Part shown: positions 8,942 to 17,367 of the stretch, one piece after another
Layout: every line of letters starts with the position of its first letter
Numbering within the stretch: position 1 is the stretch's first letter
IMG/VR virus record: IMGVR_UViG_3300045988_126190
Coordinates: 1 to 64,000 of that record
DNA: 64,000 bases
Direction: 5' to 3' (one strand)
From: a virus
Made by a program: the position numbers and the translations under genes
Notes under the pieces: model-generated
Told to the model about the DNA's origin: nothing
The model's input: only the letters and a program-made list of their open reading frames with translations
Databases searched by the model: none

Positions 8942-9697
8942 ATGAATAATCAGATTCAAGTTTTTAATAATCCTGAGTTCGGCACCGTCCGTACTATTTG
9001 CGAGGACGACAAGGTCCTTTTCTGTGGCAGTGACGTTGCGAAAGCGCTTGGGTATCAGAATCCCAGCCGCGATGTCAACCGGCACTGTAAGGCAATTATA
9101 GAGAGATGTACTACCGATTCGGTAGGTCGTCAGCAATCTATGCTTTTCATCCCCGAAAGCGACGTTTACCGTCTTGTGTTCGGGTCGAAGTTGCCTACCG
9201 CCGAAAAGTTTACCGACTGGGTGACGGAGGAAGTTCTGCCCTCCATCCGGAAGCACGGGGCGTACATGACGCAGGAGAAGCTGCAAGAGGTGCTGTGCAA
9301 TCCTGATGCGCTGTTCCAGATCGTTTCTGCGCTGAAGGAGGAATCCGACAAGCGGAAGGCCCTCGAAATCCAAAACTCTGCGCTTGCCGTGGATTTGGCG
9401 ATCGCGCAGCCGAAGGCAGACTATTTTGATGACTGCATGGCACGCGGCGGGCTGATGAATTTCCGCGACACGGCAAAGCTGCTCGGTATGCGGCAGAAGG
9501 AATTTATTGACAACCTCCTGCGGGACAGTTACCTTTATCGGGATAAGCGCGGCCGGCTGCTTCCCTATCAAAAGCGGAACAACGGCTACCTTGAGATTAA
9601 GGAAGCGTTCAACAATTCGTCCGACTGGAACGGGGTGCAGACGCTTGTTACTCCGAAGGGGCGCGAGTTCTTTCGCTCTCTCTATCCCAGCGTTTGA
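8942..9697 (+). CDS. antirepressor, Bro-N + KilAC/ANT domains
   Basis: AAGGAGGAA SD. N-terminal Bro-N signature. C-terminal ...LYRDKRGRLLPYQKRNNGYLEIKE...TLVTPKGREFF is typical of KilAC. Confidence 0.8.
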   Translation: MNNQIQVFNNPEFGTVRTICEDDKVLFCGSDVAKALGYQNPSRDVNRHCKAIIERCTTDSVGRQQSMLFIPESDVYRLVFGSKLPTAEKFTDWVTEEVLPSIRKHGAYMTQEKLQEVLCNPDALFQIVSALKEESDKRKALEIQNSALAVDLAIAQPKADYFDDCMARGGLMNFRDTAKLLGMRQKEFIDNLLRDSYLYRDKRGRLLPYQKRNNGYLEIKEAFNNSSDWNGVQTLVTPKGREFFRSLYPSV

Positions 9698-9710
9698 GGG
9701 GGTGTTCGGC

Positions 9711-9887
9711 ATGTTTGAGGGCTACACCGAAAAACAGATCGTCGAGATGATTCGGGCGGCTTTGAAATCGCCGGAGCGTCGCGCGGAGCTTATGCGCTTG
9801 TTGGATTCCCTAGGGCTTCTCCCACAGGAGGTGCCTGACAAATTGACACTCCCCACGGCTAAAGCAGGGGGATTCTCGGTTCGCTGA
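9711..9887 (+). CDS. small conserved protein (MFEGY... family); 3' end replaced by the IS insertion
   Basis: Homologous to 48835-48960 through ...LGLLP. The sequence diverges where the IS right end begins (9843). Confidence 0.5.
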   Translation: MFEGYTEKQIVEMIRAALKSPERRAELMRLLDSLGLLPQEVPDKLTLPTAKAGGFSVR

Positions 9888-10000
9888 CCGTAGCCTTCAC
9901 CATGAGAGGTCTTACATGGTCTCCCCGAGCGTATCGGTTCGGGCGTGTCCCGCCCTACCATATATTCTATCTACGCCAGCAGGCGCAGACCTTCGTTGAG
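9843..10000 (-). ncRNA. predicted TnpB omega (right-end) RNA
   Basis: By analogy with characterised IS605 TnpB systems, this RNA spans the tnpB 3' end to the right end. No structure was verified here. Confidence 0.3.
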
Positions 10001-11089
10001 GATGTTCTTCGCGGCGTTGATGTCCCGGCCGTGGACTGTACCGCAAACCGGGCAAAACCACTCCCGCACAGAAAGGTCTTTCGTTCCGGGCCACTGAGCA
10101 CCACATACAGAGCAAAGCTGGCTGGACGGAAAGAAGCGGTCTATCGTGACCACCTGTTTTCCATACCACTTTGACTTGTATTCCAACTGCCGCCGGAACT
10201 CACCCCACGATGCATCAGAGATGGACTTGGCCAGCCTGTGGTTCTTGACCATGTTCTTGGGCGCCAAGTCCTCAATGCAGATCAGATCGTACTGGCGCAT
10301 AAGGTCAGTGGACAACTTGTGGAGCATATCCTGTCGCTGGTTGGCGACGTGCTCATGCAGTCTTGCCAACTGAAGCCTTGCTTTCTCCCGGCGGCTGCTC
10401 CCCTTTGTTTTTCGGGAGAGTTGCCGTTGGAGTTTTGCAAGTTTCTTCTGGCTCTTGGATAGATACTTATGGTTCGGATACTCCACACCATCGGAGGTGA
10501 TTGCAAATGCTTTCAGCCCCATGTCGATGCCGACCACCGCCCCTGTAGATGGCAGCGGCTCCATATCAACGTCTGTACAGCACAGGGCTACGAAGTATTT
10601 TCCGCTTGGGGTCTGGCTGACGGTTGCGGACAGAACACGCCCCTCTACAGGCTTGCTGATCCGGCATTTTACCTTTCCCAGTTTGGGGAGCTGTACAGAG
10701 CCTTCCAATACTTTGATATTTGCGCCAACGCACTTGCTCTTATAGCTTTGTCGATGGTTTCGCTTGCTCTTGAACTTTGGGTATCCGGGTTTCCCGCCTT
10801 TTTTGACCCGCCGAAAGAAGTTCTGATAGGCTGTATCCAAATCCCGCAGAGAGGATTGCAGGGCGGTTGCATCAACTTCCCGCAGCCAGATGGTTTCCTC
10901 CTGTTTCTTCAGAGACGTCAGGTCTTTGTCTTGCGTGAATCGTGTGGGAGATTTTCCTGTTTCCCTGTATGCCTCTATTCGCTGTGCAAGATAGTGATTC
11001 CAAACAAAACGACAGCAGCCAAATGTCCGGTGTATCTGTTGCGCTTGTGCGATATTGGGATAGATGCGGAATTTGTAGCTATATTCCAT
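9971..11089 (-). CDS. tnpB: TnpB RNA-guided nuclease (IS605 OrfB family)
   Basis: 372 aa. RuvC-like motifs [12 protein letters not shown] and RDINAAKN, plus the CSVCG...CPVCG zinc finger. Confidence 0.85.
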   Translation of the reverse strand: MEYSYKFRIYPNIAQAQQIHRTFGCCRFVWNHYLAQRIEAYRETGKSPTRFTQDKDLTSLKKQEETIWLREVDATALQSSLRDLDTAYQNFFRRVKKGGKPGYPKFKSKRNHRQSYKSKCVGANIKVLEGSVQLPKLGKVKCRISKPVEGRVLSATVSQTPSGKYFVALCCTDVDMEPLPSTGAVVGIDMGLKAFAITSDGVEYPNHKYLSKSQKKLAKLQRQLSRKTKGSSRREKARLQLARLHEHVANQRQDMLHKLSTDLMRQYDLICIEDLAPKNMVKNHRLAKSISDASWGEFRRQLEYKSKWYGKQVVTIDRFFPSSQLCSVCGAQWPGTKDLSVREWFCPVCGTVHGRDINAAKNILNEGLRLLA

Positions 11090-11098
11090 TTCGGAACC

Positions 11099-11509
11099 TC
11101 ACACATTCTTCTGGCCTTCTATGTACTGCTTGATGACTAACAATGGCGCACCGCCAACAGTAGATACAAAATACGAGTTAGTCCACAGCGATGGGAGCCG
11201 CGACTGAAGCCAGCTAAATTCTTGTCTCAGAATCCGAGAAGTACGCCCTTTTATTTGTTTTACGGCTTTGTGTATCCCGAATTGCGGGTCTACTTCCATA
11301 AGCAAATGCACATGATCTGGCATAATTTCCATCTCTATGACATCGATGTGGAGTTCATGACAAATTTCATCTATGAGTTCCTTCAAGCGGGCATTGACAC
11401 CATCGACCAAGACCTTACGGCGGTATTTTGGACACCAGACCACATGGTACTTGCAAGAGTACACCACGTTGTTGTTGTTCTTATATTTCATGGAATTATT
11501 ATACCACAT
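11099..11509 (-). CDS. tnpA: IS200/IS605 Y1 (HUH) transposase
   Basis: YSCKYHVVWCPKYRR...MPDHVHLL...SYFVSTVG motifs. The start may instead be the ATG at 11491. Confidence 0.85.
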   Translation of the reverse strand: MWYNNSMKYKNNNNVVYSCKYHVVWCPKYRRKVLVDGVNARLKELIDEICHELHIDVIEMEIMPDHVHLLMEVDPQFGIHKAVKQIKGRTSRILRQEFSWLQSRLPSLWTNSYFVSTVGGAPLLVIKQYIEGQKNV

Positions 11510-11624
11510 TAAGGCATCTAATGCAAGACCTACTTTTTACGGGGAAATAAAGTGTGGCTTATATCCCCATGCCTAAAGGCAGGGGCTTTACGCCACGATT
11601 GGTAAATACCTGATGCTTTCCCTA

Positions 11625-11662
11625 CCGGATGCCCGATCCTTCAGGTCGAGCATCCGGTTTTT
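11625..11662 (+). terminator. rho-independent terminator of the IS-interrupted small gene
   Basis: CCGGATGC...GCATCCGG stem followed by TTTTT. Lies 12 nt after the reconstructed stop (11611-11613). Confidence 0.55.
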
Positions 11663-11701
11663 CTTAACATGGTCAATTTCGACCAGTTTCGCATAAGTGC
11701 A

Positions 11702-12730
11702 TCAGACAGCGGTGGAAAGGCTCATGCGCTTTTCGTTTCTGAGCGCTTCTTTTGCCATTGCGGCGAGGACTTCCTTTGCGGAGTTCTGACCCCGGCGCTG
11801 CATCAGACGACCGCAATAGCGCTGCGTCGTGGTGATGGAGACGTGACCAAGCTCGGACTGGACAAATTCCATGCTGGCACCGGCATTCAGGAGAAGTCGG
11901 CTGCCGATATGACGAAGGTCGTGCGTCCGGACACCGGGAACGCCGGTGACGGAATTGACGTGGCGCTCGACAACGGAGGACAGCCACTGACTGCTTCCCC
12001 GGTGCCACTGCGCTTCTCCGCTGGTGAAGGTGCCGAATTCATGCGCGGCGGTCGTGCCGAACAAAGGCGCGGTATCGGGAGCATCAGCCGGACGAATGCC
12101 GGAGGCCAGATAAAGCCGGACGGCGCTCTGGGCAAAGGGCGTGAACTGCACGCAGCGGTACTTGTTGCCCTTGCCGTGCTCGACGTTGATCTCACCGTTT
12201 TCAAAGTCGAGATCGCAGAGACGAAGGTCGAGCAATTCCGAATTTCTGATCTGACTCGTCAGTAGAATTGCCGTGATGGCGTAATTTCGCGGCCACATCG
12301 CTCTCATTTGCGACGCGGGGCATTCGTTGACGACCAGACGGGAAAGTTTCGTGTCGGGCAAAATAATGTCATACGGACGGCTCTCCGTTTTCGGATAAAA
12401 CTCCGGCTCGACCGGATTAACGGGGTATTGAAGCTCCCGGCCGAACAGAGGCTTACGAAAAGCAGAGAAGAAGTACGACAGCTCGTTGAGGTACTGCTTA
12501 ACGGTCGTGGCCTTTTTGCCGCCGTTAAGCATGGCATCACGCCAAGAAAGAATCACGGAATAATCCGGGTCGGTTTCCGGCTCTGCGCTCTCGCAGTTGG
12601 AAATCCAGTAGCTCCGGAACAGCGTAAGCCGCGTTGCATAGTTGCGCAACGTCTTTTCCGATGTGTTCTTCATTCTCAAGTTCTGAAGGTAGGCTGACGT
12701 CGCCGCGTCAAACTTCTCTAGCGCTGTCAT
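11702..12730 (-). CDS. tyrosine recombinase (XerC/D-like, with SAM-like N-terminal domain)
   Basis: Start moved to ATG 12730 behind GGGAGGAAG. Catalytic R...K...HDLRH...LGH...QRY pattern is present. Confidence 0.8.
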   Translation of the reverse strand: MTALEKFDAATSAYLQNLRMKNTSEKTLRNYATRLTLFRSYWISNCESAEPETDPDYSVILSWRDAMLNGGKKATTVKQYLNELSYFFSAFRKPLFGRELQYPVNPVEPEFYPKTESRPYDIILPDTKLSRLVVNECPASQMRAMWPRNYAITAILLTSQIRNSELLDLRLCDLDFENGEINVEHGKGNKYRCVQFTPFAQSAVRLYLASGIRPADAPDTAPLFGTTAAHEFGTFTSGEAQWHRGSSQWLSSVVERHVNSVTGVPGVRTHDLRHIGSRLLLNAGASMEFVQSELGHVSITTTQRYCGRLMQRRGQNSAKEVLAAMAKEALRNEKRMSLSTAV

Positions 12731-12825
12731 AGCTTCTTCCTCCCTGCTTTTTTGTTGTAGCACGCTTTGTTTCCTCGTGTCTACAGTTGCATTATATCAG
12801 TTGCTAGCAACATTGTCAAGAGGTT

Positions 12826-12843
12826 TTTTAGAAATTTCTAAAA
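12826..12843. promoter_or_regulatory. perfect 18-bp palindrome (candidate operator)
   Basis: TTTTAGAAATTTCTAAAA. Shares TTAGAAA/TTTCTAA half-sites with the switch region at 30021-30057. Confidence 0.4.
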
Positions 12844-12849
12844 TATTTT

Positions 12850-13563
12850 TCAGACGAGTTTTCGGATGGCATCAACAGCCTTTCGGGTGTAGCGGAAGGT
12901 CTGGACCTCCTTGTTGCTGTAGGGGCTTTTATCAAAGAACCACTTGCCGTATTCGGCGGTTTTGAGTCCGTTCTGGTTGGCGATTTTTCCGACGCGGTTT
13001 GCGGTGATACCGAGTGCGGCGGCAATTTCGGCGGCGGAATAGTAGCGATCGATCTTGCATTCCGGCAGCGGGATGACCTCCTTGCCTCCGGATAGAACGG
13101 AGCTGGCGTAGCTGCTGCACACCTGCTTATATTCCGGTGTTGCGAGGTTGCCGATCTCAAGCCACAGGGCGGCAACATTGGCGCGGCTGTTGTTCAGGTC
13201 AATCTCAAGCCGCTGCTTCTGCAAGGGGTCGGCTGTGTAGGAGCCGGTTTTCCGAATGGACGGAAGAACCTCGGACGTGACCCAGCGTTTGAATTTCTTC
13301 GCAGTGGGCAGTTTGGAGCCGATAATGAGGGCGTAGAGGCCGGATTCGTTGATGATGGTTTGATTCGGATTGCCTTTTCCGTCGCGAATCGCGACGGTAT
13401 TCCGGTCATCGTCATCTACGTGCTTAGCGATGGCATCTCTGGGGTTGCTGTAGCCCAGAATGTCCGCTACATCCTTTCCGACGAACCACGGTTCGCCGTT
13501 GATTGTGGTGGTTCGGACTTGGCCGAACTCGTCGTTCTTAAAGATTTGGATTTCTTTGCTCAT
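12850..13563 (-). CDS. Bro-N domain antirepressor-like protein
   Basis: AGGAGG SD. MSKEIQIFKNDEFGQVRTTTINGEPWFVGKDVADILGY...KFKRWVTSEVLPSIRKTG. Confidence 0.75.
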   Translation of the reverse strand: MSKEIQIFKNDEFGQVRTTTINGEPWFVGKDVADILGYSNPRDAIAKHVDDDDRNTVAIRDGKGNPNQTIINESGLYALIIGSKLPTAKKFKRWVTSEVLPSIRKTGSYTADPLQKQRLEIDLNNSRANVAALWLEIGNLATPEYKQVCSSYASSVLSGGKEVIPLPECKIDRYYSAAEIAAALGITANRVGKIANQNGLKTAEYGKWFFDKSPYSNKEVQTFRYTRKAVDAIRKLV

Positions 13564-13624
13564 TTTTACCTCCTAATATTTTTTTGATTTGGTTGGCTGG
13601 GCTACCGTTTGTGACACACCCTTT

Positions 13625-13918
13625 TTACAGATTGGAGAGCGTTGCGTCGCCGAGGACCACAGCATTGGACGCAGAGCCGAACTGGACGACTACGCACTGT
13701 TGACCGACGGTAAGATTGGCTGCGCTGCCCACATAGGGAAGCTGGATTTCGTCGGAAAACGGCTGCGTGACTCCCATTTTCCCGCTGCGGGCTGCGGAGG
13801 TCACTTTGGCGCGGTAGAAGGTCACGGCGTTCTCCATGCGGGGCTTGATGCACTTCGCCCAGATGTACTCGCCGAGATTGTTGGCGAGCTTGAGCATTTC
13901 TTCATTCTCGTTCGGCAT
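13625..13918 (-). CDS. hypothetical protein
   Basis: GGAGGA SD. 97 aa, in the packed early operon. Confidence 0.5.
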   Translation of the reverse strand: MPNENEEMLKLANNLGEYIWAKCIKPRMENAVTFYRAKVTSAARSGKMGVTQPFSDEIQLPYVGSAANLTVGQQCVVVQFGSASNAVVLGDATLSNL

Positions 13919-14264
13919 TTGGATTTTCCTCCTTCATCAGTTTTACTTTCTTCACATTGCGTGGAAGCCGGAGCTTCGCAGCTGCAAGGGATTCGGCCAG
14001 CACGCAGAATTCGGTCTTTTCCCCGTGCAGCTCGGCGGAGAAGGTGTATTTTCTCAGAACGACATTGCACTTTGGCGTCATTTTTTTCGTCTCCTTTTTT
14101 TCAGGTGGGATTTCGATGCGCTTCCCGTTCAGGTAGGGCTTGTACCCGGCCTTGGCAAGTCTTTTGAGCTGGGCGGGCGTATAGCCGCAGTATGGAATGG
14201 AGGAACAGACACCGGCCTCGCCGGATTTTCTCATTTCGTATACGTTACAGTCCTGTTTTGCCAT
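13902..14264 (-). CDS. hypothetical protein
   Basis: Start moved to ATG 14264 behind GGGGAGAA. 120 aa. Confidence 0.45.
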   Translation of the reverse strand: MAKQDCNVYEMRKSGEAGVCSSIPYCGYTPAQLKRLAKAGYKPYLNGKRIEIPPEKKETKKMTPKCNVVLRKYTFSAELHGEKTEFCVLAESLAAAKLRLPRNVKKVKLMKEENPNAERE

Positions 14265-14529
14265 CCCATTCTCCCCTGTGGCAGTAGCCATCTTCCTCGT
14301 TTTCGACCCCAGTCAAAGAGCAGAACCAGCCGACCGCGTCGCCGTATTCATCGGTTACGGGGCTGGCAAACGAGCATTCATAACAGTGGACGACCTCGAC
14401 GAGCTTCCCGTCACGGATTTTCTGTAAAGCCTCCATTCCCATACGGCAAGCCTCGTTGACGGGGTCGATGCTTTCGTAGTGCTCCCGATGCTCCGGGTCA
14501 AGGATTTCGATCGCGCGATCAAGTGTCAA
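14245..14529 (-). CDS. hypothetical Cys-rich protein
   Basis: TTG 14529 overlaps the upstream stop (TTGA). The upstream extension in the ORF track overlaps the preceding gene. Confidence 0.4.
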   Translation of the reverse strand: MTLDRAIEILDPEHREHYESIDPVNEACRMGMEALQKIRDGKLVEVVHCYECSFASPVTDEYGDAVGWFCSLTGVENEEDGYCHRGEWDGKTGL

Positions 14530-14936
14530 GCTAACGCACCCCCTGCCATGTGCAACCCCGGCAGAACATCCATCTTGTAGCCGCTTTTGACGAAACGCCT
14601 TGCCAGTTCCGTGTCGATTCCGTTCCACAACCACTCATAAATAACGGTGATATCAGTCTCGGAAAACGATGTGCCGCAAAATTCGTTAATCCCACGAAGA
14701 TGATACTCATGTACCTCTTTGTTTCTCCACTCCACGCTGTAATGGCAAGATTCACACGCCTCCCGTGATAACCACTCAAGGCACTTTACCCTCACATCTT
14801 CTTCCGTTTCGCACTTTCCCAATGCAAAATAGGAATTCACACGCGGGTTCGGGTCGGCAACAAACTCGATTTGGCCGTTAATGATTGCTTTTGGGAATGC
14901 GTGGAACAACTTTTTCAATGTACTCTGGTTAACCAT
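14526..14936 (-). CDS. hypothetical protein
   Basis: AAGGAGGAG SD. 136 aa. Confidence 0.55.
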   Translation of the reverse strand: MVNQSTLKKLFHAFPKAIINGQIEFVADPNPRVNSYFALGKCETEEDVRVKCLEWLSREACESCHYSVEWRNKEVHEYHLRGINEFCGTSFSETDITVIYEWLWNGIDTELARRFVKSGYKMDVLPGLHMAGGALA

Positions 14937-15165
14937 GATTCTCCTCCTTGTAATTGTCCTTCATGTTCCGATTTCGACGGCAGCAGGAGCATTTTTGATA
15001 GCGCTTGCCGTTCCATTTGCAGCCGTCGCAGGTATTGCCTGACCGCCGCGCCGCGTCATGTCTCAATTCCTTCGGCACCATCTGCCGGTATGCAGCGCCG
15101 CTCTCATCATAAAGCGAATTTTCGGATTTTGACGTTCCCCCAAGAGCAAACATAAATCTTTCCAT
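14929..15165 (-). CDS. hypothetical Cys-rich protein
   Basis: ATG 15165 overlaps the upstream stop (TGATG). CDGCKW...CSCC motif. Confidence 0.45.
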   Translation of the reverse strand: MERFMFALGGTSKSENSLYDESGAAYRQMVPKELRHDAARRSGNTCDGCKWNGKRYQKCSCCRRNRNMKDNYKEENHG

Positions 15166-15452
15166 CACGCGTCACCGTCCTTTCGTTTTCCGTAACTGCA
15201 AAAGTCGTCCGCGTCCGGCGTTTCGTCTTCCCGCCATCGGCATTCTTCGTTCGGATAGCCGCCGTTGTTGTCCTGCCAGTACCGGCAATCCTCGCACCGG
15301 ATAACCGATACTGCATCAATAGTCGGTTCTTGCTGCAAGAGCCATTTCAAGGACTCGTAGTCCCTATCGCCAGAGCCGACCAATGGAACACAGTGGCATC
15401 GCTTGATTTCTCTGGCAAGAAACGCATCCGCATCAATCACCCGCATTATCAT
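15165..15452 (-). CDS. hypothetical protein
   Basis: Start moved to ATG 15452 behind GAAAGGA. 95 aa. Confidence 0.45.
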   Translation of the reverse strand: MIMRVIDADAFLAREIKRCHCVPLVGSGDRDYESLKWLLQQEPTIDAVSVIRCEDCRYWQDNNGGYPNEECRWREDETPDADDFCSYGKRKDGDA

Positions 15453-15627
15453 CACCGTCCTTTCGTTCCCCATTCCAGCAAAACCAGTCTGGGCTTACTT
15501 TGCATGGAGAACAAAGCAGTCTATCGACCCAAGACACTTTTCCATTACCACCAGTAGCACATTTCTTCGACTGACAAGTCCTGTTCTCATTGTGGTAATA
15601 AATGCAGTCCTTACATGGATTTCGCAT
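15433..15627 (-). CDS. hypothetical Cys-rich mini-protein
   Basis: GGAGG 8 nt before ATG 15627. Sequence begins MRNPCKDCIYYH... Confidence 0.4.
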   Translation of the reverse strand: MRNPCKDCIYYHNENRTCQSKKCATGGNGKVSWVDRLLCSPCKVSPDWFCWNGERKDGDDNAGD

Positions 15628-15973
15628 CGTTGTCGCCTCCGTCCATGCGGCATCCGCAATTAGGACAATAATTTGGCAATTTATATCTGTCATTGACAAT
15701 CTCGCCACATTCACTGCAAGTATGGTCAAAATAGAAACAATAATAATCATCATCTGTATGAAAACTATCATCGTCTTTAATCCAATGCCCATGCACCACC
15801 GGCGCAACGTCGGCGGCGGGCGCGTTTTCAACCGAACTTATAACATCTTCGCAATCAAACATCCCCTCTGGATATTTCATGCTTCTCCCATACACGCCGC
15901 CAGCGTCTGCCCAACAAGTAGGCAAATCCTTAATATGCGCTATCAGTGCTTCTCTTTCGACGTATTCAGCCAT
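15611..15973 (-). CDS. hypothetical protein with C-terminal zinc ribbon
   Basis: AAGGAGGG SD before ATG 15973. CSECG...CPNCG motif. Confidence 0.5.
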   Translation of the reverse strand: MAEYVEREALIAHIKDLPTCWADAGGVYGRSMKYPEGMFDCEDVISSVENAPAADVAPVVHGHWIKDDDSFHTDDDYYCFYFDHTCSECGEIVNDRYKLPNYCPNCGCRMDGGDNDAKSM

Positions 15974-16148
15974 CGTTACCCTCCTTTCCTCCGTGGAACC
16001 ATTCCTGCAGCTCGTGCGCACACGAAACGCACAATTCATAGTCGTTGTCGTCTATGTCGTTCTTTCGCAGCCGTATGCCTGCGTAAGTTACAGAGATCTT
16101 TGGATAGATTTCCGCGCCGCAGCGATCACATATCAGTTTTGTTGCCAT
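15966..16148 (-). CDS. hypothetical zinc-ribbon mini-protein
   Basis: AGGAGGG SD. CDRCG...CVSC motif. 60 aa. Confidence 0.45.
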   Translation of the reverse strand: MATKLICDRCGAEIYPKISVTYAGIRLRKNDIDDNDYELCVSCAHELQEWFHGGKEGNDG

Positions 16149-16374
16149 TGTCAGCCCTCCTGTTCCACAAACTAGAAATATAACGCTTTGCCTCTCGTTC
16201 TGGATTTTTAACCCAGCGCGGAATATGATAGCGATGCCTGATTTCTGCGCCGCATTGTTCGCAATGGGCTTGCACCTCGAAGTAATGCGGATTTTCACAT
16301 TCATCGATTGCCCCGATGCCTCGCGAAGCTCTGCCGCCGCAGAACGGGCAGGGCTTCAGATTAGCATTATCCAT
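16126..16374 (-). CDS. Lar-family restriction-alleviation-like protein
   Basis: GAAAGGAGG SD. LKPCPFCGG...CEQCG...LWNRR matches the Lar-family pattern as I recall it. Confidence 0.55.
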   Translation of the reverse strand: MDNANLKPCPFCGGRASRGIGAIDECENPHYFEVQAHCEQCGAEIRHRYHIPRWVKNPEREAKRYISSLWNRRADNGNKTDM

Positions 16375-16546
16375 CGTCAATCCTCCTTTCCCACGCGTCT
16401 ATAACTTTGTCTTTGTCCTCGGACTCTTTTGTCCGATTGAAGCAACCTCCGCAAGCGACGTAATACACCGTCCCGCACATCGTATATCTTTCCAGCATGC
16501 TGATGTTCGCCGACCCGCAGAAGGGACAAGCCTTAAGTTCAACCAT
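16367..16546 (-). CDS. Lar-family restriction-alleviation-like protein, second tandem copy (59 aa)
   Basis: Not in the ORF track. I translated it myself: MVELKACPFCGS...CGGCF...AWERRIDDG. Overlaps the next start by 8 nt. Confidence 0.5.
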   Translation of the reverse strand: MVELKACPFCGSANISMLERYTMCGTVYYVACGGCFNRTKESEDKDKVIDAWERRIDDG

Positions 16547-16907
16547 CCCTTACCATCCTTTCCAGCCAGTCGATGACTTGCTCCTCAACCTGAACGCGCC
16601 CTTTGTAAAACCCCATCGGCATAATATTGTTCACGCTTTCGGCCATAACGTAGTTCTCGTCGTCGTGCTGGTGCTGTCTTTTTAGGTGCTCGAGCTGGAA
16701 CTTCAGCGCAGCATTTTTTACTTCCAGTTTTTTGTTCCCGTATTGCCTCGGGCCGATGTCCGGAGCTCTGTTTATGATGTTCTCGATTACTTGCAGCACC
16801 CGCAGAATCGTGTCGGGATCGCAGACCTCGGTGTTCCACGTTTTGAGGTTTTTGTATTCGCTCAGCTCTTTCAACAGCCACTCGCGGCTTGTGTAACGGT
16901 CAGCCAT
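16539..16907 (-). CDS. hypothetical protein
   Basis: GAAGGAGG SD. 122 aa. Confidence 0.55.
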   Translation of the reverse strand: MADRYTSREWLLKELSEYKNLKTWNTEVCDPDTILRVLQVIENIINRAPDIGPRQYGNKKLEVKNAALKFQLEHLKRQHQHDDENYVMAESVNNIMPMGFYKGRVQVEEQVIDWLERMVRDG

Positions 16908-17367
16908 TTTGTGCCTCCTTCAATGCCGCCTCCGCTTCCTCGCGGGTTAGGAATACGGTCTTGCCGACCGCCAAATCCCATCTTACACACTGCGTACTTG
17001 TCCAGTCGCAGTCGATGTCAGCCCAGAGGCGCGGTTCCGTATAGCCGTTCACATGGAACTGCCCGATGCGCTTCTCAACTACCTTGTCGCAAAACTCGGT
17101 ATACACGGTCGATCCAACCTTGCACGGCAGGATAACTGCGCGTCCCTCCTTGTCGGCCTCGGCCAGCTCACGCAAGCGGTCATAGCTGCCGATGCTGTTA
17201 AGCACTCGCATCATGGCGTCCCATTCAGCCCACAGGCTAGCCACTTCGCCCGGTGACAGCCCAACGTCCTCATAAGCCGCAAGGCGTATCATCGCGCGGC
17301 CTACATCGCCTGTCGGGATTGCGCGTATATGTCCGCCGAGCCTTTCGTATTTCGTCAGTCGTTTCAT
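16900..17367 (-). CDS. hypothetical protein
   Basis: ATG 17367 overlaps the upstream stop (TAATG), with AGGAGGGAG upstream. 155 aa. Confidence 0.5.
   Translation of the reverse strand: MKRLTKYERLGGHIRAIPTGDVGRAMIRLAAYEDVGLSPGEVASLWAEWDAMMRVLNSIGSYDRLRELAEADKEGRAVILPCKVGSTVYTEFCDKVVEKRIGQFHVNGYTEPRLWADIDCDWTSTQCVRWDLAVGKTVFLTREEAEAALKEAQNG

Larger units (their letters stand above)
9843..11601 (-). mobile_element. IS200/IS605-family insertion sequence (IS608-like), tnpA + tnpB
   Basis: Similar subterminal hairpins at 11565-11585 and 9851-9871. In element orientation the left flank ends in TTAC and the right end in TCAA. Removing 9843-11601 restores a 47-aa ORF plus its terminator. Confidence 0.75.
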
